64,000 nucleotides of DNA. Source: an uncultured Acidaminobacter sp. GTDB taxonomy: Bacteria > Bacillota > Clostridia > Peptostreptococcales > Acidaminobacteraceae. Where the stretch lies: assembly GCA_964416305.1 (NCBI GenBank), contig CAYQDM010000005.1, forward strand, positions 43,797 to 107,796, given 5' to 3'. Below, piece after piece: positions 9,686 through 17,594 of this stretch. The notes beneath the pieces are model-generated. The model saw only the letters and a list, made by a program, of their open reading frames with translations. It did no database searches and was not told the origin of the DNA. A program made the position numbers and the translations under genes. Each line of letters starts with the position of its first letter. The stretch's first letter is position 1.

Positions 9686-10483
9686 ATGCTGCATCATATT
9701 GAAAATAGAATCTATCATGTTGAAATTCTTCCGCCTAAACAGGATACCGAAAAACTAACAGCAGATCTTGCCCTTTTCGCGGATAAATACAACAAAGCCT
9801 TAGAAATTGGTTCATGCATCTGTCTGACGGACAACGCTATGGGGAATTTGGCGTTTCAAGGCACTGAAGTCATAGAAGAACTTGAGCTGCCGGTAAAATC
9901 TGATCAAGTCATGATCCATCTGAACACTTTTCATACCCTCGAAGACTTGAAAAATATTTTGAATAAATGTAAAGCCTTAGGTATCAAATATCTTTTAGTC
10001 ATCAGTGGTGACGGTTCTGACCGACTTCCAAAATTACAAGCCGCAGATCTCAATTTAACTGACACCACAACGGTAACTTCTGTGGAATTGCTAAGCTACA
10101 TTCACCGTGAATATCCAAATGAGTTTATATTGGGCGTTGCTTTCAATCCCTATGAACCTGCTGAGCATGAATTTCATAAATTGGAAAGGAAATTGAAAGC
10201 TGGTGCAGCATTTATTGTGACCCAACCTGTGATCGAATCAAATGAAATTATTAATCAATTATTGAATCTTTATCCTGCCATTCCGGTTGTTATTGAAGCC
10301 TGGATGAGCAAGAAGCTGCATCTTCTATCTGAAGCTGTAGGTTACGAGATCCCGGAAAATACTGAGTTTGATCCCATTGAAACTTTGAAAATGCTGCATA
10401 AAATTTATCCGAACTGCGGCGTCTACCTTTCTCTTCTTAGCTTTAAAACTCAGTTTGATCTGCTCAGCGAAACATGGATCTGA
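9686..10483 (+). CDS. Methylenetetrahydrofolate reductase (MetF)-like protein, short paralogue
   Basis: MTHFR-family landmarks occur in order: VEILPPK, MIHLNTFHT, YLLVISGDG, LGVAFNPYEPAEHE, KLKAGAAFIVTQPV, IPVVIEAWM. Length is 265 aa. Confidence 0.65.
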   Translation: MLHHIENRIYHVEILPPKQDTEKLTADLALFADKYNKALEIGSCICLTDNAMGNLAFQGTEVIEELELPVKSDQVMIHLNTFHTLEDLKNILNKCKALGIKYLLVISGDGSDRLPKLQAADLNLTDTTTVTSVELLSYIHREYPNEFILGVAFNPYEPAEHEFHKLERKLKAGAAFIVTQPVIESNEIINQLLNLYPAIPVVIEAWMSKKLHLLSEAVGYEIPENTEFDPIETLKMLHKIYPNCGVYLSLLSFKTQFDLLSETWI

Positions 10484-10502
10484 TGCACGAGGAGGAATAC
10501 CA

Positions 10503-11291
10503 ATGAAAATAGTGGTCTGCATTAAACAGGTTCCTGCAACCAACGAAGCCAAAATTGATCCTGAAACCAAACGAATTTTACGCGAAGATGTTAAAGCTAT
10601 ATTAAATCCATTTGACCATTACGCCATAGAAGAAGCGATCCGACTGAGAAATAAATTCGGCGGCGAAGTCATTGCGCTTTCGATGGGTCCGGACAAAGCG
10701 GTGCGCGTGCTTCGCGAAGCTATTTCAATGGGGGCGGATCACGCTGTTCTTCTTAACGACAGAGCATTTGGGGGTTCAGATACTTGGGCGACCAGTTATG
10801 CACTGGCAAAAGCCATTAAGAAAATTGGTCAAGTAGATTTAGTGCTTTGCGGCAAACAGGCAATCGACGGTGACACTGCACAAGTAGGACCCGGTATTTC
10901 TGCTCATCTGAATTGGATGCAAGCTACCTACGTTATGGAAATTAATATTTTAAGCCCGCATCAAATGAGGGTAAAACGAATGAATGAAATGGGTTATGAT
11001 ATATGCCTTCTTGAAACACCTGCCGTTCTGTCGGTAGTCAAGGGCATCAATACGCCGCGAGTTCCGACACTCAAAGGCAGAATTGCATCCGACCGCTATG
11101 AGGTTCCGGTTTGGACTCCGGCTGATCTGGATGCAAATATTGATAATCTGGGACTAAATGGTTCTCCTACTCGCGTTGTTAAAACACAACCCCCAGCACC
11201 AAGAGAAAATATTACAAAAATAATTGAAGGTGCCCCTCAGATCTGCGCACAGTCTCTAATTAATGAATTACGCCTTCGCAATTTATTGTGA
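10503..11291 (+). CDS. etfB: Electron transfer flavoprotein beta subunit
   Basis: MKIVVCIKQVPATNE... N-terminus. CGKQAIDGDTAQVGP motif at 10866-10892. The ATG lies after a GAGGAGGA RBS. Confidence 0.9.
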   Translation: MKIVVCIKQVPATNEAKIDPETKRILREDVKAILNPFDHYAIEEAIRLRNKFGGEVIALSMGPDKAVRVLREAISMGADHAVLLNDRAFGGSDTWATSYALAKAIKKIGQVDLVLCGKQAIDGDTAQVGPGISAHLNWMQATYVMEINILSPHQMRVKRMNEMGYDICLLETPAVLSVVKGINTPRVPTLKGRIASDRYEVPVWTPADLDANIDNLGLNGSPTRVVKTQPPAPRENITKIIEGAPQICAQSLINELRLRNLL

Positions 11292-11306
11292 TCGGAGGAT
11301 CCCCTA

Positions 11307-12326
11307 ATGAGAATTAACGAAACAGATAAACTTGACTTCAGAAATGTCTGGGTAGTTGCCGACTTACTCGTCGGGAAAATTCAATCTGTCACCCATGAAT
11401 TAATTGGTTCAGCTAGAAATTTGGCGGATCTTCGCGGCTCCGAAGTTTGGGTCATTGTCATGGGTGATGCCGTGTCCATTGAAGCATCATCATTATTCGC
11501 ATACGGCGCGGATTGTGTCGTTGCAATTGATGATCCTCTCCTAAAAAACTTTGTCGACGAACTGGAAGCTAATCTGCTGACACGACTAATCCAAAAGTAT
11601 AAGCCCGAAATTGTACTGTGTGCTGCTACCGCCAGAGGCCGTGCCTTGATTCCACGCGTCTCGGTTATGACCGATTGTGGTTTGACTGCAGATTGTACGG
11701 AATTGAGCATCGATCCCGAAAACGGTGACTTGCTCCAGACCCGTCCTGCTTTCGGAGGCAATATTCTGGCTACGATCCGAAGCTCCAACCATAGGCCCCA
11801 GATGGCAAGCGTTCGTCCTCGAGTCATGATCTCACCAGAACCTGACTTTAGCCGAACAGGTAATGTAATCATAGAATCTATTCAAGAATCTGATCTCTGC
11901 AACATCAAACAAGTTGTCGAAGTTGTTCAAGATTTAGAATATTCTGTGAATATTGCAGATGCAAATATCATTATCGCGGGTGGCAGGGGCATGAAAGGCG
12001 CTGAAGGTTTTGAACTGTTGAAGCAGATGAATGAATACTTTGGTGGCGCAGTTGGTGCAAGCCGCGCTGCAGTTGACGCCGGGTGGATTCCCTATTCTCA
12101 CCAGGTAGGTCAAACCGGCCAAACAGTACAAACAAGTGTCTATATTGCTTGTGGCATATCAGGTCAGATCCAGCATCTGGTGGGCATGCAGTCATGCGAC
12201 CTGATTATTGCCATCGATAAAAATCCAAATACACCCATGATGCAAATGGCTGATATTGCTGTTGTTGGAGATATTTTTGAGATCGTTCCGGAAATCATCC
12301 ATGAACTTCGTTCCGCACAGCCCTAA
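11307..12326 (+). CDS. etfA: Electron transfer flavoprotein alpha subunit
   Basis: The C-terminal FAD-binding region ASRAAVDAGW...QVGQTGQTV...YIACGISGQIQH is typical of EtfA. There is no N-terminal ferredoxin domain. Confidence 0.9.
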   Translation: MRINETDKLDFRNVWVVADLLVGKIQSVTHELIGSARNLADLRGSEVWVIVMGDAVSIEASSLFAYGADCVVAIDDPLLKNFVDELEANLLTRLIQKYKPEIVLCAATARGRALIPRVSVMTDCGLTADCTELSIDPENGDLLQTRPAFGGNILATIRSSNHRPQMASVRPRVMISPEPDFSRTGNVIIESIQESDLCNIKQVVEVVQDLEYSVNIADANIIIAGGRGMKGAEGFELLKQMNEYFGGAVGASRAAVDAGWIPYSHQVGQTGQTVQTSVYIACGISGQIQHLVGMQSCDLIIAIDKNPNTPMMQMADIAVVGDIFEIVPEIIHELRSAQP

Positions 12327-12640
12327 TCAAAGATTCCAGACAAAGAAATTTGCATGTCGTCCGGCATAACTTGTCAGTCGTTCTGATCCGGACAAGGCAT
12401 AGCCGAGCTAAAACGAATCCCTCCCCCCTTTCTTATAATTATTTTTACAACAAAATTTGTTGTCACCTCATTAATAGCACTTTCATCTATGGGGTGTTTT
12501 CTTTTGTGAAGAAAATGAATAATCACGAGTTAAGTTCGGTTTCCTTATTTCTCCAAACAGCTGCCAATCATCAAAATATCAGCATCTTATATATTTTTAA
12601 TTCACCTGAACTCTTCCCACAGCCTATTGCCATGTTTAAA

Positions 12641-13480
12641 TTATTCCCGGTCAATATTTCCATTTATGCTTCTTCTGAACTGAGTAGGTGTCATACCGAC
12701 TCTCGACTTGAATGATGCAATAAAAATAGAAGGATTGTTGTAGCCGCATGCCGCTGAAATATTCCTGATACTCATACCTGAGTTAAGAAGCAGCCTCTTG
12801 GCGTTGCTGATCCTTTGAGTAATCAAATACTCATAAGGTGAAATTCCATATTGTTTCTGAAACTGCCTGGTAAAATAGAAAACACTTAACCCAACCTCAC
12901 TGGCAACCTCAGTTATAGATAGCTGCTTCTCGAAATTTTGTCTTAAATACGCTTCAGCAGATGCAACAGCAAGATCTGCAGACTTTGTCCGAGCCGATCC
13001 GTTCTCCGAAAGCATTGCCAAAAGTCTATGAATCGAAACTGATAACATATGTTCCAATGAACTCTCGCTTCTGAGCAATCCCATTAAGAATTTAAATTCC
13101 TGTTCAATTAATGTTGGGTCTTTGATTACAATGGGCTCACCGTATTCTTTCGCCAGCAGTTCACTATACGCAAAAACCGAATTGCCTCGAAAGTGAACCC
13201 ATTTAAATGTTATTGACTCTTTGGATGAATATTTGTGAGGCTTTCTGCAGTCTAAAAAAACACATTCACCACGACCGACACTAATAACTTTTTCACCTTG
13301 TTCGACTTGTAACTCTCCTTTTTCTATGTACATCAATAAAAGACTATCCAGATAATCTCTTTCAATTTTGTAATCGCTGATCCCAAAATATTCACCCGCA
13401 AGCTCAACATAATAAAGATGTTCCTTTGCAAACGCAGAGGGATTCAATGAGAAAACACTGGTTGTCATATTTTTCTCCAT
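12641..13480 (-). CDS. AraC-family transcriptional regulator (cupin sensor + HTH)
   Basis: The C-terminal AraC HTH pair is ITEVASEVGLSVFYFTRQFQK...ISAACGYNNPSIFIASFK. It is divergent from the methyltransferase gene at 13745. Confidence 0.85.
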   Translation of the reverse strand: MEKNMTTSVFSLNPSAFAKEHLYYVELAGEYFGISDYKIERDYLDSLLLMYIEKGELQVEQGEKVISVGRGECVFLDCRKPHKYSSKESITFKWVHFRGNSVFAYSELLAKEYGEPIVIKDPTLIEQEFKFLMGLLRSESSLEHMLSVSIHRLLAMLSENGSARTKSADLAVASAEAYLRQNFEKQLSITEVASEVGLSVFYFTRQFQKQYGISPYEYLITQRISNAKRLLLNSGMSIRNISAACGYNNPSIFIASFKSRVGMTPTQFRRSINGNIDRE

Positions 13481-13744
13481 AAGACCTCCAAATCGAACAC
13501 GTCTTTACGTCATTATACAGCAAGATATATGAATTAAAAAGTATATTTTATTTGCAATAACAAAAATCACATTGAAAACCCTTCAATTTTCTCAAATAAG
13601 AGAGCTAAAAAACAAATTTATATTTTTATGAAAAAGCAAGATTTATATATTCAAGCATATTTTGATTATAGATTTGACAATTAATGAATGTTAGAATATT
13701 TATAATATTCAAAATACAATTTAATAATCGAGGGTGATCGTACA

Positions 13745-14791
13745 GTGTCAACTTTAAGAGAACGAAATTTAAGACGTCTTCAAGAAAGTATTGCGGGTAA
13801 GAAATCTGATGGTCATGCTGTTTTTCATTTTTATACTTTTCCTTTTTTTCAATCTGTAACAGGCGTTAACCTTGATGACTATTTTCACAAACCAGAAGTG
13901 ACACTGCAGTGCCAGTATGAAGCCTTGGAATTGTTGGACGGGATCGGCAACCTGGTGCCTGACATGGGTTCCGTCGCAGAAGCCAGTGGTTTGGGAAGTA
14001 TTGTCTTATTTGATAAAAAAGGCTTTATCTCTGCACATCCTAACCCCAAAATTGCAGAGGCATTTGATGCCAGCGACTTAGATTGGCTGGAACCCGCAGA
14101 TCCGTATGGTGACAATTACATGGCAAAAGCATTGACAACACTCCAATATATGGTAGATCACTGTCCGGAAGGTTATCGAGTGAATCCCCATCCGCTTATG
14201 GGCCCTTTTACCGTAGGTGCAATGTTGAGAGGAATCAGCGACTTTTGCGCGGATACAATTTCTGAACCTGATTTAGTGAACAAAATTCTTGATGTCGTCG
14301 TTGAGACACAAATAAGATTCTTAAAAGCGCAGGAAAAGATTCTTGGTACACTTCATCATGTTTTAGTCGCGGATGATCTATCTGCTTTTCTGAATGAGCA
14401 ATCCTTCAGAGAAATAATTTTGCCTAGATACGAACAAATATTTAAAGAGTTTCCCAACACCCAAAGATGGCTGCACAATGATTCAACTGCGCGCCACGTC
14501 GCAACCGCAATCGCTGATTCTGGCATGGTTGCCTGGCAATACCTTCCGGATATCGCTCCGCAGGATGCACTTGAGCTGACCAGAGGAGAAGTTACTCTGC
14601 TGGGCGGTTTGAGTCCACTGGATCTGCAAAAATGGACAGCAGAGGAAACCTACGAAAAATGCATCGAAACATTAAAATCATTCGACGGCAATAACCGCTG
14701 TGTTCTGGCAGCCGGAGGTTCCATCAATCAGGTGCCAATAGAGAATCTCAAAGCTATGTTCAAAGCTGCTGACGACTATAAAATTGACTGA
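13745..14791 (+). CDS. URO-D-fold corrinoid methyltransferase (second MT-I-like paralogue)
   Basis: 348-aa ORF with a GTG start after GAGGGTGA. The N-terminal RERNLRRLQESIAGKKSDG and overall pattern resemble the URO-D/MtaA family. It is weaker than 84-1253. Confidence 0.65.
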   Translation: MSTLRERNLRRLQESIAGKKSDGHAVFHFYTFPFFQSVTGVNLDDYFHKPEVTLQCQYEALELLDGIGNLVPDMGSVAEASGLGSIVLFDKKGFISAHPNPKIAEAFDASDLDWLEPADPYGDNYMAKALTTLQYMVDHCPEGYRVNPHPLMGPFTVGAMLRGISDFCADTISEPDLVNKILDVVVETQIRFLKAQEKILGTLHHVLVADDLSAFLNEQSFREIILPRYEQIFKEFPNTQRWLHNDSTARHVATAIADSGMVAWQYLPDIAPQDALELTRGEVTLLGGLSPLDLQKWTAEETYEKCIETLKSFDGNNRCVLAAGGSINQVPIENLKAMFKAADDYKID

Positions 14792-15013
14792 AGTAAGTTA
14801 ACTGAAACACAATGCGGCACACCTAAATCCAAATGAATACAAGTCACTTTCTTAAACCAGTGATGCGCTATTACCTCAGAGTCGATGCGGCAATGCATCA
14901 AAATCGTCGCAAACTGTACCGATGCCATGCCCCGCCTAAGGCCTCACAACATTTTACATACTCAGCGCTGAATAATTTGTTGAAAAATGATCACGCGTAA
15001 ACTTAATTTCAGC

Positions 15014-15075
15014 ACCTCCTGTAAAGTTGCTCCAGCAGGCCCCATGCGAGCACTCTGCAGGAGGTTTCTTTATTC
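15014..15075 (+). terminator. Stem-loop with U-rich tail (possible terminator of the 13745 transcription unit)
   Basis: ACCTCCTG ... CAGGAGGT outer stem with an inner TGCTC/GAGCA stem, followed by TTTCTTTATT. The long loop makes it atypical. Confidence 0.35.
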
Positions 15076-15205
15076 CACGTCAGTAAGCATCCGAACGAAA
15101 CCGAATGCAGCCGGATCTTCTTCCGCTATTAATAAACCGTGAACAACGCGACTTTATGAATCCAATTATAATAAAAAACAGCACCCTCATTTTTGTTCCC
15201 TGCTT

Positions 15206-15221
15206 TGGCATGCATATTGCA
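15206..15221 (+). promoter_or_regulatory. sigma-54 (-24/-12) promoter
   Basis: T-TGGCAT-GCATA-TTGCA-T on the plus strand, a near-consensus TGGCAC-N5-TTGCW. It lies ~420 nt upstream of the ADH start. Confidence 0.6.
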
Positions 15222-15501
15222 TTATATAAAGTCATCAGCCCTAGGTACGCACCCCATCTGCGAATGCCCAGCCCGACCGACCGCCTGCAAGTCTCAAATA
15301 CATCCCCTTCTGTTTACAACTGAATATTTCAGCTTTTTTCGAGTTGCATCACCTAAGGCAGTGTCAAGCGCTATGGTCTGCAACCTGGGTTTATTGGAGA
15401 AATCCATAAGCCTCCCACTATCGGAAAGATCAGAGCCTGACTATCCAATCAACTTCAATGATGATTCTCTTATGAGATTATTTGAAGTTATGGTTCTTTA
15501 C

Positions 15502-15532
15502 GGTGCTCACTTTCTGGGCACCTATTTTTTTT
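15502..15532 (+). terminator. Intrinsic terminator inside the leader upstream of the ADH gene
   Basis: 8-bp stem GGTGCTCA / TGGGCACC with loop CTTTC, followed by TATTTTTTTT. Confidence 0.6.
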
Positions 15533-15643
15533 GAGGAGGTAGATCTCGATACCAAAACTGCAGCCATTTAATGCAATCGCTATTCAACAACAAATAATTT
15601 GAAGCTGTTTCCTGTTCTTTTACAACGAAATGGAGGATGCAAA

Positions 15644-16684
15644 ATGAAAGCAGTTCAGTTCACCGGTCCAGAAAATATGACATATGTTGACGTTCCAGAT
15701 CCCATCATTAGCGAAAGTGAAGTTCTCATAAAAATAATGGCTGTTGGAATCTGCGGCACAGATCTTGAGCTCTTCAGCGGCGAAATGCCTTATATAAGAA
15801 ACGGGTTCACTACCTATCCTCTTATCCCTGGGCATGAATGGTCAGGTCAAATAGTTGAGGTTGGAAGCAAAGTTCCCAATTTCAAGGTCGGGGACCGAGT
15901 AACCGGTGATGTGAGCATTGGCTGCGGCAGTTGCAGCATGTGCATGAGCGGACGGTTTAACCTATGTCCGAACAGAAAAGTTGTAGGCTCTTACAGAAAC
16001 TACAACGGTGCTTTTGCAGAGTACATCAAATTGCCTTACAGACATGTTTACTTATTGCCGGATACATTGAGTTATGAAGAGGCCGCACTCATAGAGCCTG
16101 CAGCCACCGCCGCCTATGGTGTGATGAAAGCAGGTATTGGTTTGGGAGATTCCGTATTGGTGATCGGAGACGGTCCGATAGGATTACTATCCGTCCAGAC
16201 TGCTTCACTATCTGGTGCGAGCAGGATTTATTTGATGGGCAGTTGGGACGAAAAACTGAAATTGGGATCTAAAATGGGTGCGGATTTTACTATTAATTAT
16301 CGAAATGATAATATCGTAGAAACCATACAAGAGATGACACAATTTAAAGGCATCGACGTGGTTATTGAAACCTCAGGCAGCACAAAAGCCTTCAATCAAT
16401 CCTTGAAGCTGCTAAAGCCGGGTGGGAAGATTATTCTGTTGAGCATTTATTCAAGCTCTGAATTCATGGCAGAAATTAACAGCATTGTATCGAAGGATGC
16501 AGAAGTGATTGGCGTATTGGCAAGCTGCAATTCTTTCAAGCCAACAATTGAATTGCTGGCGGCCGGAAAAATCAATGTGCTGCCACTCATCACCCACAAA
16601 TATCCATTGAGCAGAGCCTCTGAAGCTATAAACATGATGCGGACGAAGAAAGATTTCAGAATAAAAGTACTGTTGTTCCCCTAA
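15644..16684 (+). CDS. Zn-dependent medium-chain alcohol/polyol dehydrogenase (sorbitol/threonine dehydrogenase-like)
   Basis: The catalytic-Zn region is GICGTDLE...PGHEWSG. The structural-Zn cysteines are CGSCSMCMSGRFNLC. The NAD fold is VIGDGPIGL. The ATG at 15644 follows GGAGGA. Confidence 0.85.
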   Translation: MKAVQFTGPENMTYVDVPDPIISESEVLIKIMAVGICGTDLELFSGEMPYIRNGFTTYPLIPGHEWSGQIVEVGSKVPNFKVGDRVTGDVSIGCGSCSMCMSGRFNLCPNRKVVGSYRNYNGAFAEYIKLPYRHVYLLPDTLSYEEAALIEPAATAAYGVMKAGIGLGDSVLVIGDGPIGLLSVQTASLSGASRIYLMGSWDEKLKLGSKMGADFTINYRNDNIVETIQEMTQFKGIDVVIETSGSTKAFNQSLKLLKPGGKIILLSIYSSSEFMAEINSIVSKDAEVIGVLASCNSFKPTIELLAAGKINVLPLITHKYPLSRASEAINMMRTKKDFRIKVLLFP

Positions 16685-16692
16685 GCTTCTAA

Positions 16693-17502
16693 GTGCGCGC
16701 TTTGACTTTTACAATGACGGGAGTGATAGAAGTGAGTGAAGCCTATCAAAAAATTATGGCTGCAAAATTGAAAAAAGACGAAATTGCAATTCTATGGCTA
16801 GGTCAGGCAGGATTTCTTATCAAAGATGATAACAGCACAATTGTCGCCATAGATCCCTACCTTTCTGACTGTGGAGAAAGGTTAAAAGGATTCGTCAGGT
16901 GCTCACCCAAATCGATTACCGCTGACGAATTAAAGCCTGATTTATACGTTACAACACATCTGCATTTTGATCACTTTGACTACGATACCCTGCCAATAGT
17001 CGCCAGCCACAGTGATTCAATTTTCCTCGGACCCGAATCCTGCTGCCTGAAATTCGCCGAATACAATTTGGAGCCCGCCCGAATAATGCAATTGAATCTT
17101 CAAAAAGAAATTGAATACAAAAACATAAAAATTACCGCAGTCTTTGCAGATCACGGCAGCTTGTCCCCAGATGCGATTGGAATTTTAATGAATTTTAATG
17201 GCATTATTCTTTATTTTTCAGGCGACACCGCCTATAGGCCGGAACAATTAACCTGGCTTGCAGACAACCCACCCGACATTTCATTTCTATCTATCAATGG
17301 TAAATTTGGTAACCTGAATGCCTCCGAAGGCGCTCGACTCGCACATGATATAAAGACCAAAAACGCCGTGCCATGCCATTACGGTACATTCAGTGAACAT
17401 GGCGGAGATCCATTGAGTTTCGCCGCTGAAATGAGCTTACTCGCCCCAGACTGCCAGGTCATTTGCATGGAGCAAAGCGAACTGCTTCTATTCCATAAAT
17501 GA
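16693..17502 (+). CDS. MBL-fold metallo-hydrolase (UlaG-like lactonase family)
   Basis: WLGQAGFLIKDD..., the metal motif THLHFDHFD, a later ADHG, and CHYGTF. The exact start is uncertain: the GTG at 16693 or an internal GTG after GGGAG. Confidence 0.7.
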   Translation: MRALTFTMTGVIEVSEAYQKIMAAKLKKDEIAILWLGQAGFLIKDDNSTIVAIDPYLSDCGERLKGFVRCSPKSITADELKPDLYVTTHLHFDHFDYDTLPIVASHSDSIFLGPESCCLKFAEYNLEPARIMQLNLQKEIEYKNIKITAVFADHGSLSPDAIGILMNFNGIILYFSGDTAYRPEQLTWLADNPPDISFLSINGKFGNLNASEGARLAHDIKTKNAVPCHYGTFSEHGGDPLSFAAEMSLLAPDCQVICMEQSELLLFHK

Positions 17503-17520
17503 TGAAATTAAGAACCAAAC

Positions 17521-17566
17521 AAGCAAAGAGCGCTTGCCTATTCGCTTAAGGCAGCGCTCTTTGCTT
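17521..17566. terminator. Bidirectional terminator between convergent genes
   Basis: 18-bp near-perfect inverted repeat AAGCAAAGAGCGCTTGCC / AGGCAGCGCTCTTTGCTT. Confidence 0.7.
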
Positions 17567-17594
17567 GGCAAGTTGTGTGAAATTTTATTCAGCC

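Noticed and set aside
12350-12715. 121-aa plus-strand ORF after etfA
   Set aside because: It has no RBS and a low-complexity, hydrophobic or odd composition. Its 3' end overlaps the AraC regulator gene on the other strand. It is probably just convergent intergenic DNA.
13674-13706. TTGACA ... TATAAT pair upstream of the second MT-I gene
   Set aside because: The spacer between TTGACA (13674-13679) and TATAAT (13701-13706) is 21 nt, which is too long for a standard sigma-70 promoter. Other -10 choices give poor hexamers. It is not reported as a feature.
15193-15534. 113-aa ORF (and 15105-15323) in the 850-bp gap upstream of the ADH gene
   Set aside because: It starts upstream of the predicted sigma-54 transcription start and has no RBS. 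It is Cys/Pro/Ser-rich and not protein-like, and it runs through the terminator hairpin. The region is treated as non-coding leader or RNA instead.
15233-15643. T-box, SAM or another known riboswitch in the ADH leader
   Set aside because: I looked for the T-box core (GGTGGTACCGCG-like), the S-box core and obvious GA/K-turn motifs and found none. The region is left as an unexplained structured leader rather than a named element.
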